DNA of 57,867 nucleotides, taken from positions 1-57,867 of the forward strand of contig CALZGC010000103.1 of assembly GCA_945786985.1 (NCBI GenBank), read 5' to 3'. Numbering within the stretch: position 1 is the first letter of the stretch; every line of letters begins with the position of its first letter. Shown here piece by piece: positions 27,253 to 37,335 of this stretch. A program made the position numbers and the translations under genes. Source of the stretch: an uncultured Nitrospirota bacterium. GTDB lineage: Bacteria > CG2-30-53-67. The notes under the pieces were generated by a model. It worked only from the letters and a program-made list of their open reading frames with translations, ran no database searches and was not told where the DNA came from.

Positions 27253-28653
27253 ATGCCGCCTCAGCGCGACAACGCCCTCCTCCGGACGATCCAGGATGAC
27301 CCATGGCTCCGGCTGGTTTCCGAGGAAGCCGGACGGCAGCGGGTCCGGGTCTACCTGGTGGGCGGATGGATTCGGGACCGCCTTCTGGGACGGGTCTCCA
27401 GCGACTACGACTTCATTGTGGCGCGGGACCCCGTGCCCCTGGCCAGTGCCCTGGCGACAAAGCTTCCCGGCTCGTTTTTCGTGATGGGGCGGGGTGAGAG
27501 CACCACCCACCGGATCGTGGGAGGCGGGATCACCCTCGATCTGGTTCACCAGCATCCTGCAGGGCTTCGCGCGGAGCTGCTGCGCCGGGACTTCACGGTC
27601 AACACGATCGCCTGTCCACTGGCGGGGGCAGAGGTGCTGGACCCCCTGGGCGGTCTCTCCGATGTGAACCGGAGAGTCATCCGCAGCGCCTCGTCGGTCG
27701 CGTTTGCGGCGGACCCCTTGCGGATGCTGCGGGCGGTACGTTTCTGCACGACGCTGACAGGTTTTCGACTCTCGGGCGAGACCCTTTCTCAAATCCAGGC
27801 CGGTCCCGAGCGGCTTCAGGGGTCCGCCGCCGAGCGAATCCGGGACGAGATGGATCAGGTGATGATCTCCGGTCATGCCGCAACCGGCCTCTCTCTCCTT
27901 GCCGCGACGGGTCTGCTGCCGGTTTTGTTTCCGCAACTGCAGCGCCTGGCCGGTCTCGAACAGGGGCCGTATCATCATCTCGACGCCCTGGCGCATTCCC
28001 GGGCCGTCGTGGGTGAAGTGGACGCCCTGGAGGCCTTGTGCGGACACTTTGATTTCCCCTTTCGGCTCGATCCGGAGGATCGGCGGGTGCTCGCCTATGG
28101 GGCCCTGTTGCACGACATCGGTAAGGCCGACAGCGTGACGCGCGAGGGCGACGGCACGCCGCACTTCTACGGGCACGAGAAACGGAGTACGGCCGCGGCT
28201 GCAGCGATTCTGGCGCACTATGTCTTTCCCACCCGACGCTCGGAACGGATCCGGCGCCTGATCCGGTATCACACCCTGGGGCTTGGATTCCTCAAGTTCG
28301 GGTATACCGAGCGGGCCCTGCGGAGAATCATCCGGCGCCTCGCCGATGATCTGCCGCTGCATGTCCTGCTATCGCTTGCGGACCGGCGCGCGGCACGGGG
28401 AACCGAGTATGACGAAACGCTGCGGCGGACCCTTCGTCTGGGGCAGGCCCTGCTCGACACGTACCGCAAAGAGGGGGAACTGATCCTTGAGCCGCCGCCG
28501 CTGGTCACCGGTGCAGACGTGATGTCGGTGATCGGGATCGATCCGGGGCCGGCCGTGGGTGAGGTGCTCCGCCAGGTGCGGAATCTTCAGATCGACCAGA
28601 TCATCCGGACCCGGGCAGATGCGCTCGCCTATCTTCGAAAACGGAAAGGGTGA
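27253..28653 (+). CDS. Class II tRNA nucleotidyltransferase with HD domain (probably CC-adding type)
   Basis: VGGWIRD..DYD, RRDFTVN, DPLGG, DPLRMLRAVRF, ERIRDE, LLHDIGK, FYGHE. Confidence 0.88.
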   Translation: MPPQRDNALLRTIQDDPWLRLVSEEAGRQRVRVYLVGGWIRDRLLGRVSSDYDFIVARDPVPLASALATKLPGSFFVMGRGESTTHRIVGGGITLDLVHQHPAGLRAELLRRDFTVNTIACPLAGAEVLDPLGGLSDVNRRVIRSASSVAFAADPLRMLRAVRFCTTLTGFRLSGETLSQIQAGPERLQGSAAERIRDEMDQVMISGHAATGLSLLAATGLLPVLFPQLQRLAGLEQGPYHHLDALAHSRAVVGEVDALEALCGHFDFPFRLDPEDRRVLAYGALLHDIGKADSVTREGDGTPHFYGHEKRSTAAAAAILAHYVFPTRRSERIRRLIRYHTLGLGFLKFGYTERALRRIIRRLADDLPLHVLLSLADRRAARGTEYDETLRRTLRLGQALLDTYRKEGELILEPPPLVTGADVMSVIGIDPGPAVGEVLRQVRNLQIDQIIRTRADALAYLRKRKG

Positions 28654-28685
28654 GCCCGTCGCGTTCCACCGGAGCTACAAACTCC

Positions 28686-28714
28686 TTGACACCCCTTGTC
28701 CAGGGTGATACGAT
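28686..28714 (+). promoter_or_regulatory. Sigma70 promoter for pgpA-cinA-thpR-recA
   Basis: TTGACA-N17-TACGAT with TG extension. Confidence 0.65.
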
Positions 28715-28736
28715 TTCGCCGTTCTTGGGGGCCTGC

Positions 28737-29192
28737 TTGAATCGATTGGTTCTTTTCTTCGCATCCGGTTTTTACAGCGGGTATGCTCCCATTGCGTCCG
28801 GGACCGTGGGGACGCTGGTCGGGATTCCAGTCTTTATTCTGCTAAGTCAACTTCCTTTACTCCCATATGGCATTCTGACCGCGGGTCTTATTCTCGCCGG
28901 GGTCTGGCTCTCCTTTCGGGCCGAGGCCATTCTGGGCGTGCGCGACAGCGGCATCATCGTCATCGATGAGATCGCCGGTTATCTGGTGACCATGTTCGCC
29001 GTTACACCGGGTTGGGGCAACGTCCTCGGCGGCTTTGTGCTATTCCGGGTGTTCGATATCCTCAAACCCTTTCCCATCCGGAGGATCGACCGCGATCTGC
29101 CCGGCGGGTGGGGGGTCATGCTGGACGATGTGCTGGCCGGCGTCTATGCCAATCTGAGCCTGCAGCTGCTCAGACGGATGCTGGGGATATGA
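28737..29192 (+). CDS. pgpA: Phosphatidylglycerophosphatase A
   Basis: ASGTVGT, DSGIIVIDEIAG, FRVFDILKP, GVMLDDVLAG. Confidence 0.93.
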   Translation: MNRLVLFFASGFYSGYAPIASGTVGTLVGIPVFILLSQLPLLPYGILTAGLILAGVWLSFRAEAILGVRDSGIIVIDEIAGYLVTMFAVTPGWGNVLGGFVLFRVFDILKPFPIRRIDRDLPGGWGVMLDDVLAGVYANLSLQLLRRMLGI

Positions 29193-30430
29193 TTGCAGAG
29201 ATTGTAACCATCCTGTCGGAAGAGGAAATGCTCGATCCGGGCAGCACCGGCGGAGCGGAACTGCTGGAGCGTCGGATGGGCGCGCTTCTGGCGGAGGAGG
29301 GGATGCGGGTTCTCTCGAGCCGCCGTCTCTCGGGCCAAGGGTTAATGCTGGATCAGCTCCTCTTGGAGTCGGCGGCACGCTTTGACCTGGTGCTGGTGCT
29401 CCATCCCGTAAAGAGCGACAAAGCGATGCGGAAGGCCCTGGCGCAGGTGAGCGGCCGAAGCCTGGTGCTGAATGAGGAGCTGCTGAAAGCGCTGAAAGCC
29501 TGCTATGACGAGGCGGGCCGTGCGGTGCCGCGCGATGTTGAAAGCCGAGCCCTCATCCCCAAGGGGGCCCGCTGGATCCTCCCCGCTGGCGGGCTGCGGC
29601 CCGGTCTCGTGGTCGAGATCGCGGGAAAATACCTGGGAGCGCTTCCGTCCGAGCCTGAAGCGGCCGAGTCTCTCTGGGCCCAAACGGCTGGTTATGTGAA
29701 GGAATCGTTCCGGGGGGTTCCGCTCTACAGCCGCTGGCGGACGCTGCAGTTCATCGGGCGATCCCCCGGGCAGATCCACAACGCACTGAAGGCCCACGCC
29801 GAGGGTGCGCGCATTGCCTTTCGGCGCCACGGCAGCCTCTGTGCTGCCACGCTGGCGGTAGAAGGGATCGATCCGACCCGCCTGGATCGGGAACTCGACA
29901 GGATGACAGGCGGCATCCGGCGTGAACTCGGTGCGGATTTCCTCTGTGAGGGGGCGCAGGCCCTTCACGAAATTGTGGGAGGGCTTCTGCTGGAGAAGTC
30001 CCGAAGTATTGCCGTCGGTGAGTCGTGTACGGGGGGCATGGTGTGCTCCCTTCTGGTCGATGTGCCGGGCATCTCCGGGGTGCTCGATCGAGGCGTGGTG
30101 AGCTACAGCAATCGCTCCAAGGCCGATCTGCTCGGTGTGTCGCAGGATGTGTTCAAGACGCACGGTGCCGTCAGCCGGGTGACGGCGCGGCATATGGCCG
30201 CGGGCATCCGGGCACAGGCCGGAACGGATATCGGGGTCGCGGTCACCGGCATTGCGGGGCCCGGGGGAGGGACAAGAGAAAAGCCCGTGGGAACCGTTTT
30301 CATCGGGCTGTCCACGGATGAGGGCAGTGAGGTGACCGAGTATCATTTCCGGGGTAACCGCAGTGAGATTCGTCTCCAGAGCGCCCAAATGGCACTGGAT
30401 CGGGTCCGCAGATTTCTGCTGGGGCGTTGA
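29189..30430 (+). CDS. cinA: CinA family protein (degenerate N-domain + NMN deamidase PncC domain)
   Basis: GESCTGG, YSNRSK, GAVS, TGIAGPGGG..KPVG; pgpA-cinA-thpR-recA synteny. Confidence 0.88.
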   Translation: MIAEIVTILSEEEMLDPGSTGGAELLERRMGALLAEEGMRVLSSRRLSGQGLMLDQLLLESAARFDLVLVLHPVKSDKAMRKALAQVSGRSLVLNEELLKALKACYDEAGRAVPRDVESRALIPKGARWILPAGGLRPGLVVEIAGKYLGALPSEPEAAESLWAQTAGYVKESFRGVPLYSRWRTLQFIGRSPGQIHNALKAHAEGARIAFRRHGSLCAATLAVEGIDPTRLDRELDRMTGGIRRELGADFLCEGAQALHEIVGGLLLEKSRSIAVGESCTGGMVCSLLVDVPGISGVLDRGVVSYSNRSKADLLGVSQDVFKTHGAVSRVTARHMAAGIRAQAGTDIGVAVTGIAGPGGGTREKPVGTVFIGLSTDEGSEVTEYHFRGNRSEIRLQSAQMALDRVRRFLLGR

Positions 30431-31074
30431 AGATGGTTGCCGGTAGACCGGCCGGTGGGCGGAGCGGTTCCGGCGCGATCCGTGCGTTTATTGCACTGGA
30501 CATTCCGGTGGCACTGAAGGAAGCCCTTGGGACTGTCCAGGAGTCCTTCCGGGACTCCCGGGACCGGATTACCTGGACCCGGGCGGAGGGGATGCACATC
30601 ACCCTGAAGTTTCTGGGGGAGACACGGGAGGCTCAGATCCCGGACATCGAGGCGCGGATGCGGGAAGCCTGTGGGCGCAGCGAGCCCTTTTCTATTAGAC
30701 TGTCAGGTGCGGGGGTATTCCCCGATCTCCGGCGGCCCCGTGTGCTCTGGGTGGGGATCGGAGAGGGGGCGGAGGCGCTGACGGCGCTCTTTCGCGATCT
30801 GGATCCGCGATTGGCACGGCTCGGGTTCCTGCGGGAAAAGCGCCCGTACCACGGGCATGTCACCCTCGGGAGGATCAAGACCATCGGGGACCGGCGGCGC
30901 TTTGCGGGCCGGGTCGCCGAACACCGCACACTGGACGTCGGCCGCATGCCGGCCGACGCGGTGCACCTGATTGAAAGTTGCCTCCATCCGGCGGGCGCGC
31001 AATATACGACACGATTGACCGTTCCCCTCGGTTCGGGGGCGGTGTCAACGGCATCAACACCCCCGCAACCCTGA
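30427..31074 (+). CDS. thpR: RNA 2',3'-cyclic phosphodiesterase
   Basis: [27 protein letters not shown] (two HxT motifs). Confidence 0.93.
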   Translation: MKMVAGRPAGGRSGSGAIRAFIALDIPVALKEALGTVQESFRDSRDRITWTRAEGMHITLKFLGETREAQIPDIEARMREACGRSEPFSIRLSGAGVFPDLRRPRVLWVGIGEGAEALTALFRDLDPRLARLGFLREKRPYHGHVTLGRIKTIGDRRRFAGRVAEHRTLDVGRMPADAVHLIESCLHPAGAQYTTRLTVPLGSGAVSTASTPPQP

Positions 31075-31126
31075 GAGGATTCGAGCGGCGGGTTTCCTGA
31101 ATCGTCCATGTAAAAGGAGTGCAGAA

Positions 31127-32158
31127 ATGGCTGAGAACAACAATCATCGCAGCAAGGCCCTCGATCTGGCGGTGACCCAGATTGAAAAGCAGTTCGGCAA
31201 GGGTGCCATCATGCGCCTGGGATCGGAGGAGCTGGTAAAAGATATTCCATCCATATCATCCGGTTGTCTCTCCCTCGATACGGCTCTCGGAACCGGGGGA
31301 TACCCCCGGGGGCGCATCGTGGAGGTCTACGGGCCCGAGTCGTCGGGAAAAACGACCCTGACGCTCCATGCGATCGCAGAAGCGCAGAAGGCCGGCGGGA
31401 TTGCGGCCTTTATCGATGCAGAGCACGCGCTCGACGTGGCCTATGCCCGAAAGCTTGGGGTGAATACGGACGACCTGCTGGTCTCGCAGCCCGACACCGG
31501 AGAGCAGGCGCTGGAGATCACCGATCTGCTGGTCCGAAGCGGAGCTGTCGACCTCATCGTGGTCGACTCCGTGGCGGCCCTGGTGCCGCGCGCCGAAATC
31601 GAGGGGGACATGGGAGATTCCCATATGGGGTTGCAGGCCAGGCTCATGTCCCAGGCCCTTCGCAAGCTCACGGGAACCGTCTCGCGCTCCAAGACGACCC
31701 TCATTTTCATCAACCAGATCCGCATGAAAATCGGGGTCATGTTCGGCAACCCGGAAACCACCACCGGCGGCAATGCCTTGAAGTTCTATTGTTCGCTACG
31801 CCTGGATATCCGGCGGATCGGCCAGATCAAGGATGGCGACCAGGTTACCGGAAACCGCACCCGCGTGAAGGTGGTGAAGAACAAGGTGGCCCCACCCTTC
31901 CGGCAGGCCGAGTTCGACATCCTGTTCAACGAAGGCATCTCCCGGGAAGGGGATCTCGTCGATCTTGCGGTCGCCCACGGTCTCGTGAAAAAGAGCGGTG
32001 CCTGGTACTCTTACGGTGAGACGCGAATCGGACAGGGGCGGGAGAATGCCCGCACCTACCTGCGGGAGAACGGGGACGTCTACCAGGCGCTGGAGGAGGC
32101 GGTCTCCGAAAAGCTGGGCGTGGTGAGTCAGGTCCGGGAAGACGCGGTCAAGGCCTGA
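31127..32158 (+). CDS. recA: Recombinase RecA
   Basis: [35 protein letters not shown]. Confidence 0.99.
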   Translation: MAENNNHRSKALDLAVTQIEKQFGKGAIMRLGSEELVKDIPSISSGCLSLDTALGTGGYPRGRIVEVYGPESSGKTTLTLHAIAEAQKAGGIAAFIDAEHALDVAYARKLGVNTDDLLVSQPDTGEQALEITDLLVRSGAVDLIVVDSVAALVPRAEIEGDMGDSHMGLQARLMSQALRKLTGTVSRSKTTLIFINQIRMKIGVMFGNPETTTGGNALKFYCSLRLDIRRIGQIKDGDQVTGNRTRVKVVKNKVAPPFRQAEFDILFNEGISREGDLVDLAVAHGLVKKSGAWYSYGETRIGQGRENARTYLRENGDVYQALEEAVSEKLGVVSQVREDAVKA

Positions 32159-32162
32159 TTTA

Positions 32163-32192
32163 TTGACAGATTTGGAACCTCCGTGTTAAGCT
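32163..32192 (+). promoter_or_regulatory. Putative sigma70 promoter for the pilT gene
   Basis: TTGACA-N18-TAAGCT with TG extension. Confidence 0.5.
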
Positions 32193-32278
32193 GATTTCAG
32201 AATCCAAACAGAGACTTGCCGGGATTGGCCGGAATCCGAGAGGATCTCCGGCCTCTTTCACACGGAAGGTGCCACGCC

Positions 32279-33454
32279 ATGAATCTCAATGATCTGCTGA
32301 AGACCGCCGTCGAACGCAAAGCCTCGGACATACACCTCAAGGCGGGAAGCCCCCCCGTGTTGCGGATCGATGGGGAACTGAGCCCCATGATTGAGCACAA
32401 GCGTCTTAACTCCGAAGACACCATCGCGATCGCCTTCTCCATCATGAGCAACTACCAGAAGCAGAAGTTAAAGGCGAACAGCGAAGTGGACATGGCCCAC
32501 AGCGTGCCCGGCCTCGGGCGTTTCCGGGTGAACATCTTTCAACAGCGCAACACGATCGCCATCGTGCTGCGCGTCATTCCCTTCCGGATTCAGGGGGTCA
32601 CCGAGCTCAATCTCCCACAGGTGGTCGAGAAGCTGGCCCTGCAGCAGAGAGGGCTCGTGCTGGTGACGGGGACCACCGGAAGCGGCAAGTCGACGACCCT
32701 TGCGTCCATCATCGATTACATAAATGCCAACCGAACGACCCACGTCATGACCATCGAAGACCCCATCGAGTTTCTCCACAAAGACAAGAAGAGCCTAGTC
32801 AACCAGCGGGAAATCGGCAACGACGTGAAGGCCTTTGACAGCGCGCTCCGCTCGGCGCTGCGTCAGGACCCCGACGTGATCCTGGTGGGCGAGATGCGGG
32901 ATTACGACACAATTTCTACCGCCCTGACGGCCTCGGAAACCGGTCATTTCGTGCTCAGCACCCTGCACACTATCGATGCCACCGAAACGGTGAACCGCAT
33001 TATCTCGGTCTTCCCGCCGCATCAGCAGAAGCAGGTTCGGATTCAGCTCGCGTCTGTCCTCAAAGGGATCATCTCCCAGCGCCTGGTGGTCCGTGCGGAC
33101 GGCAAGGGGCGTATACCGGCGGTGGAGGTCATGGTGACCACCAATTTGATCCGCGAATACATCACGGACAAGGACAAGACCCGCCTCATCCACGACGCGA
33201 TTGCCGCCGGCAAGACCCAGTACGGCATGCAGACCTTTGACCAGTCCCTCATGGAACTGTACAAGCGCGGCCTGGTCTCCTACGACGAAGCCCTGAAGCG
33301 AAGCTCCAACGCCGACGATTTCGCCCTGAAGGCCCGGGGCATTCAGTCGACCAGCGACCTCTCCTGGGAGGAACAGGAACAGGCTTCCGGCGTTTCGGAC
33401 CGCGCCACGCCGGAGGGAGGGGAAGAGTTCCAGGTCGACCGCTTCTCCTCCTGA
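32279..33454 (+). CDS. pilT: Type IV pilus retraction ATPase PilT/PilU family
   Basis: ASDIHL, GRFRVN, GTTGSGKSTT, TIEDPIE, LRQDPDVILVGEMRD, TGH..LSTLH, GMQTFDQ. Confidence 0.92.
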   Translation: MNLNDLLKTAVERKASDIHLKAGSPPVLRIDGELSPMIEHKRLNSEDTIAIAFSIMSNYQKQKLKANSEVDMAHSVPGLGRFRVNIFQQRNTIAIVLRVIPFRIQGVTELNLPQVVEKLALQQRGLVLVTGTTGSGKSTTLASIIDYINANRTTHVMTIEDPIEFLHKDKKSLVNQREIGNDVKAFDSALRSALRQDPDVILVGEMRDYDTISTALTASETGHFVLSTLHTIDATETVNRIISVFPPHQQKQVRIQLASVLKGIISQRLVVRADGKGRIPAVEVMVTTNLIREYITDKDKTRLIHDAIAAGKTQYGMQTFDQSLMELYKRGLVSYDEALKRSSNADDFALKARGIQSTSDLSWEEQEQASGVSDRATPEGGEEFQVDRFSS

Positions 33455-33573
33455 GCGGGCCTGTCTGTTCCAATCCAGACCCCCCCTTCAAACGGTCATT
33501 TTCGAGCCTATGGAACCCGCCGTCGCCCCTCTGCTCCCTTATTCTAGCCAATTTTCACCCCCGGGATCTCCTG

Positions 33574-33602
33574 TTGACAAGATGCCCTAAACCCTCTATT
33601 GT
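33574..33602 (+). promoter_or_regulatory. Sigma70 promoter for alaS
   Basis: TTGACA-N17-TATTGT. Confidence 0.65.
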
Positions 33603-33632
33603 TATGGGGTAATCGACCTTGAGGGCTGGATC

Positions 33633-36278
33633 ATGAAGGGTTCCCAAATCCGCAGAAAATTTCTCGAATTCTTCGAAAAGCATGGGCATACGGTCCTTCC
33701 GAGCTCATCGCTGATCCCCCGGAACGACCCCACCCTCCTGTTCACCAACGCCGGGATGGTGCAGTTCAAAGATATCTTCACCGGGGCCCAGGCGCGCAGC
33801 GTGGCGCGCGCGGCCACCTCTCAGAAATGTCTCCGGGCGGGCGGAAAGCACAACGATCTGGAGAATGTGGGCCGGACCGCCCGGCATCACACCTTCTTTG
33901 AGATGCTCGGAAACTTCTCCTTCGGCGACTACTTCAAGGAGGAAGCGATTCAGCTGGCTTGGGACTTCCTGGTGCGGGAACTGGGGCTTCCGAAGGAGCG
34001 CCTGTGGGTCAGCGTCTTCCACGATGACGACGAAGCTTTCCAGCTCTGGGAGGAGAAGATCCGGGTGCCCGCAGAGCGGATTCTGCGCCTCGGGGAGAAG
34101 GACAACTTCTGGGCGATGGGGGACACGGGGCCGTGCGGCCCCTGCTCGGAGATCCACATGGACCAGGGACCCCAGGTGGGGTGCGGCGGCCCCGAGTGCA
34201 GTCCCGAATGCGACTGCGACCGCTACCTGGAGATCTGGAACTTGGTGTTCATGCAGTTCAGCCGGGATGCATCGGGGCAGCTCACGCCCCTGCCGGCGCC
34301 CAGCATCGACACAGGCATGGGGCTGGAGCGGGTCACGGCTGTCGTGCAGGGGGTGGCGTCCAATTACGACACGGACCTCTTCCAGGGGGTGATCGCCGAG
34401 ATCGCCGATCTGACCGGTCAGGCATACGGTACATCCGCGGCGTCGGACACGTCGATCCGGGTGATTGCCGATCATGTCCGCGCGCTGACCTTTTTGTTTG
34501 CCGACGGGGTTCTTCCGGGCAACGAGGGACGCGGCTATGTGGCGCGGCGCATTCTGCGGCGGGCGGCCCGGCACGGGAAACTGCTCAATCTGGAAGGCGC
34601 CTTTCTCTACAGGCTTTCGGGCTCTGTGGTAGATGAAATGCAGGAGGCCTATCCCGAGTTGCGTGCGGCACGGGAGCATGTGGCCGCCGTCATTCAGAAC
34701 GAAGAGGAGCGTTTTCTGGCGACATTGGACCAGGGACTGACTCTGTTGAGTGACCTTATCGAAAAACTGAAGCAGCAGGGAGAGCGTGTTCTACCCGGTG
34801 CGGAGATCTTCAAGCTCTATGACACCTTCGGGTTTCCTGTTGATCTGACGGAGGACATTGCCCGGGAAAAGGATTTGGTGCTGGACACCGCGGGATTTGA
34901 GCGGGAGATGTCGCAGCAGAAACGCCGGGCCCGGGCCTCCTGGAAGGGATCGGACGAAAAGGGGGTAGCGCCCGTTTATCAGCAGCTGTCGAGCCAGTAC
35001 CGCACGACCTTCGTGGGGTACGAGCGGATTGAGAGCCGCGCAAAACTGGTGGCCGTCGTTCAGGACGGCCGCGTCGTCGATTCGGCCGGGGCCAACGGAG
35101 AGGTGGCTGTCGTGCTCGAGCCGACGCCCTTTTACGCCGAGGCCGGCGGGCAGGTTGGCGATCGCGGGCGGCTCGCCTGGGAGGGCGGCGCGGCGGAAGT
35201 GCTCGATGCCTTCAGCCCGGCGGGTGCGCTCGTGGTGCACAGGGTGCGTGTCCTCCAGGGCATATTGAGGGCGGGGCAGAGTCTGACGGCCCGTGTTTCG
35301 GAAAGCCGGCGGCGGCCCACGGCGCTGAATCACACGGCCACTCACATTCTTCATGCCGTCCTCCGCCAGGTGCTGGGGGATCACGTCAAACAGGCAGGCT
35401 CCCTGGTGGCACCGGACCGGTTGCGGTTCGACTTCACCCATTTTGCGGCGGTGAAACCGAGAGAGCTACAGCGGATCGAGCGGCTCGCCAATGAACGGGT
35501 GTGGCGGAACGCAACGGTGCAGACCGCCGTCAAGCCGCTGGAGGAAGCGCTGGCCGACGGGGCCATGGCCCTCTTCGGAGAGAAATACGGGGATGCCGTC
35601 CGACTCGTTTCCATTCCGGATCTGTCCAAAGAGCTGTGCGGCGGAACCCATGTTCACGCAACGGGGGAGATCGGATTGATCAAAGTGCTGCACGAGGGGG
35701 GGATTGCGGCCGGTGTCCGCAGGATCGAGGCGGTTACCGGAGAGGCGGCGTACGATTATTCCGCCGGGATCGAGGCGGAACTCAGCGATCTTTCGGAGCG
35801 GCTCAAGGGCGCCCCCGGTGAGCTGGCCGGCAAAGTAGAGAAGCTGTTGCAGGAACGCAAGGACCTGCTCCGGGAGGTTCGTGATTTGAAGCGTGAAATG
35901 GCGGAGCAGCAGGGTCAGGATCTTTCCGCTCAGATTCGCGACGTGGACGGCGTGAAAGTTCTGGCGCACCGCATGGATCGCCTCTCGCCGGAGGAACTCC
36001 GGGAGGTTGCGGACCGGCTGCGCGATCGGCTCGGTTCCGGTGTGGTCGTGGCGGGTTCGGAAAAAGAGGGCAAGGTGGCCCTGGTGGCCATGGTGAGTCG
36101 GGATCTCGACGGCAAGGTCCATGCCGGCCACCTGATCCGGGACGTGGCCCGGATGACCGGCGGTGGGGGCGGCGGGCGTTCCGACATGGCCCAGGCCGGC
36201 GGGAAAGATCCGTCGCGGCTGGATGACGCGCTGGAGAAGGTCGTCGAATTGGTGCGAGACCAGATGGCGGGCGGCTGA
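33633..36278 (+). CDS. alaS: Alanine--tRNA ligase
   Basis: LLFTNAGMVQFK, HHTFFEMLGNFSFGDYFK, DTGMGLER, HTATH, ELCGGTH, GGGGGR. Confidence 0.99.
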   Translation: MKGSQIRRKFLEFFEKHGHTVLPSSSLIPRNDPTLLFTNAGMVQFKDIFTGAQARSVARAATSQKCLRAGGKHNDLENVGRTARHHTFFEMLGNFSFGDYFKEEAIQLAWDFLVRELGLPKERLWVSVFHDDDEAFQLWEEKIRVPAERILRLGEKDNFWAMGDTGPCGPCSEIHMDQGPQVGCGGPECSPECDCDRYLEIWNLVFMQFSRDASGQLTPLPAPSIDTGMGLERVTAVVQGVASNYDTDLFQGVIAEIADLTGQAYGTSAASDTSIRVIADHVRALTFLFADGVLPGNEGRGYVARRILRRAARHGKLLNLEGAFLYRLSGSVVDEMQEAYPELRAAREHVAAVIQNEEERFLATLDQGLTLLSDLIEKLKQQGERVLPGAEIFKLYDTFGFPVDLTEDIAREKDLVLDTAGFEREMSQQKRRARASWKGSDEKGVAPVYQQLSSQYRTTFVGYERIESRAKLVAVVQDGRVVDSAGANGEVAVVLEPTPFYAEAGGQVGDRGRLAWEGGAAEVLDAFSPAGALVVHRVRVLQGILRAGQSLTARVSESRRRPTALNHTATHILHAVLRQVLGDHVKQAGSLVAPDRLRFDFTHFAAVKPRELQRIERLANERVWRNATVQTAVKPLEEALADGAMALFGEKYGDAVRLVSIPDLSKELCGGTHVHATGEIGLIKVLHEGGIAAGVRRIEAVTGEAAYDYSAGIEAELSDLSERLKGAPGELAGKVEKLLQERKDLLREVRDLKREMAEQQGQDLSAQIRDVDGVKVLAHRMDRLSPEELREVADRLRDRLGSGVVVAGSEKEGKVALVAMVSRDLDGKVHAGHLIRDVARMTGGGGGGRSDMAQAGGKDPSRLDDALEKVVELVRDQMAGG

Positions 36279-36348
36279 CGCACGGCTTGGCGGGAGCCTC
36301 CGCCCCGGTCAGAGCGGTCCGCGTTCTTTAACTGTAGGAGGGGATCTT

Positions 36349-36654
36349 ATGTTTGAGCCGGTGAAGAGGGCGTTGCTGGTGGGCCTTGGCATACAGGAGA
36401 GGCTCAAGGAATATGTGGACGAGCTGGTGAGCAAGGGGGAGGTCAGCAAGGAGCAGAGCGGCTCCATGCTTCGGGATCTGATGGGGGCCGCCGAAAAGAA
36501 TGTGGAGAGTCTGGAGAGCACGTGGCAGGACATGATCCAGTCTGCCATGGAGCGGATGAATCTTCCCACCCGGGAGGATCTGGCCAACCTGGAGAAGAAA
36601 ATCAATGCCCTGAGCAGGCGGCTCGCCAAGCTCGAGAAAGGTGACGACGTATAG
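36349..36654 (+). CDS. Phasin-like coiled-coil protein
   Basis: LLVGLG...VDELVSKGEV...MNLPTREDL..LEKKI; RBS AGGAGG. Confidence 0.75.
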   Translation: MFEPVKRALLVGLGIQERLKEYVDELVSKGEVSKEQSGSMLRDLMGAAEKNVESLESTWQDMIQSAMERMNLPTREDLANLEKKINALSRRLAKLEKGDDV

Positions 36655-36807
36655 CCAGAATATTGCATGAGTCAATCTATTGCGAGGCTGGACTTGTCAC
36701 GGCGTAGCATTCTGCGAAGACGGATAGTCTGCTACAGGCAAGGCGCCTCCAGGATCGTTGGGACCTCTGGGGCCTCTCGTGACGATCCCTCATGCAATAT
36801 CCGGTCT
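36653..36807. mobile_element. MITE-like repeat, copy C (155 bp) with nested 32-bp unit
   Basis: TIRs AGCCAGAATATTGCATGAG / CTCATGCAATATCCGGTCT; nested CTTGTCACGGCGTAGCATTCTGCGAAGACGGA at 36693-36724. Confidence 0.85.
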
Positions 36808-36906
36808 GGCCCGAGGGGTTGGTGGGATGGCGTATTGCCCGGACGATCTGCCCGTGGTCCCGCATGCCGCTGACCGCGACAACGGTCGCGCCCCCTCGGA
36901 CATTTT

Positions 36907-37335
36907 ATGAGAATTCTGGGAATCGATTTCGGAGAGAAAAACATCGGCGTAGCCGTGAGCGACGAGCTCGGTCTCACGGCCCAGGCGTTGAAGACAATCC
37001 ACCGTCGGGGAATCAGGAAGGATCTGGAGGCACTGGGGGCCGTGATCGAGGAATATTCTGTGGAACAGATGGTCATCGGGCTGCCCCGGAATATGGACGG
37101 CAGTCTTGGACCGTCTGCCGAGAAGGCGCTGGCCTTCGTGGACCGGCTGAAGGTGTTCAACCTGCCGGTGGCCACCGAAGATGAGCGGCTGACGACCGTG
37201 ATCGCGGAAAAGGCGTTGATCGAAGGGGATGTCCGGCGCGCCCGGCGTCGGCAGGTCATCAACCAGATAGCCGCAGCCCTGATCCTTCAGGGGTACCTGG
37301 ACCGGCTTTCCAGGGAGCGCGGGCATGAGAACTAG
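36907..37335 (+). CDS. ruvX: Putative pre-16S rRNA nuclease YqgF/RuvX
   Basis: GIDFGEKNIGVAVSD, GLPRNMDGS, DERLTT, AAALILQGYLD. Confidence 0.95.
   Translation: MRILGIDFGEKNIGVAVSDELGLTAQALKTIHRRGIRKDLEALGAVIEEYSVEQMVIGLPRNMDGSLGPSAEKALAFVDRLKVFNLPVATEDERLTTVIAEKALIEGDVRRARRRQVINQIAAALILQGYLDRLSRERGHEN

Noticed and set aside
31075-31126. LexA/SOS box upstream of recA
   Set aside because: No palindrome matching a LexA box I know
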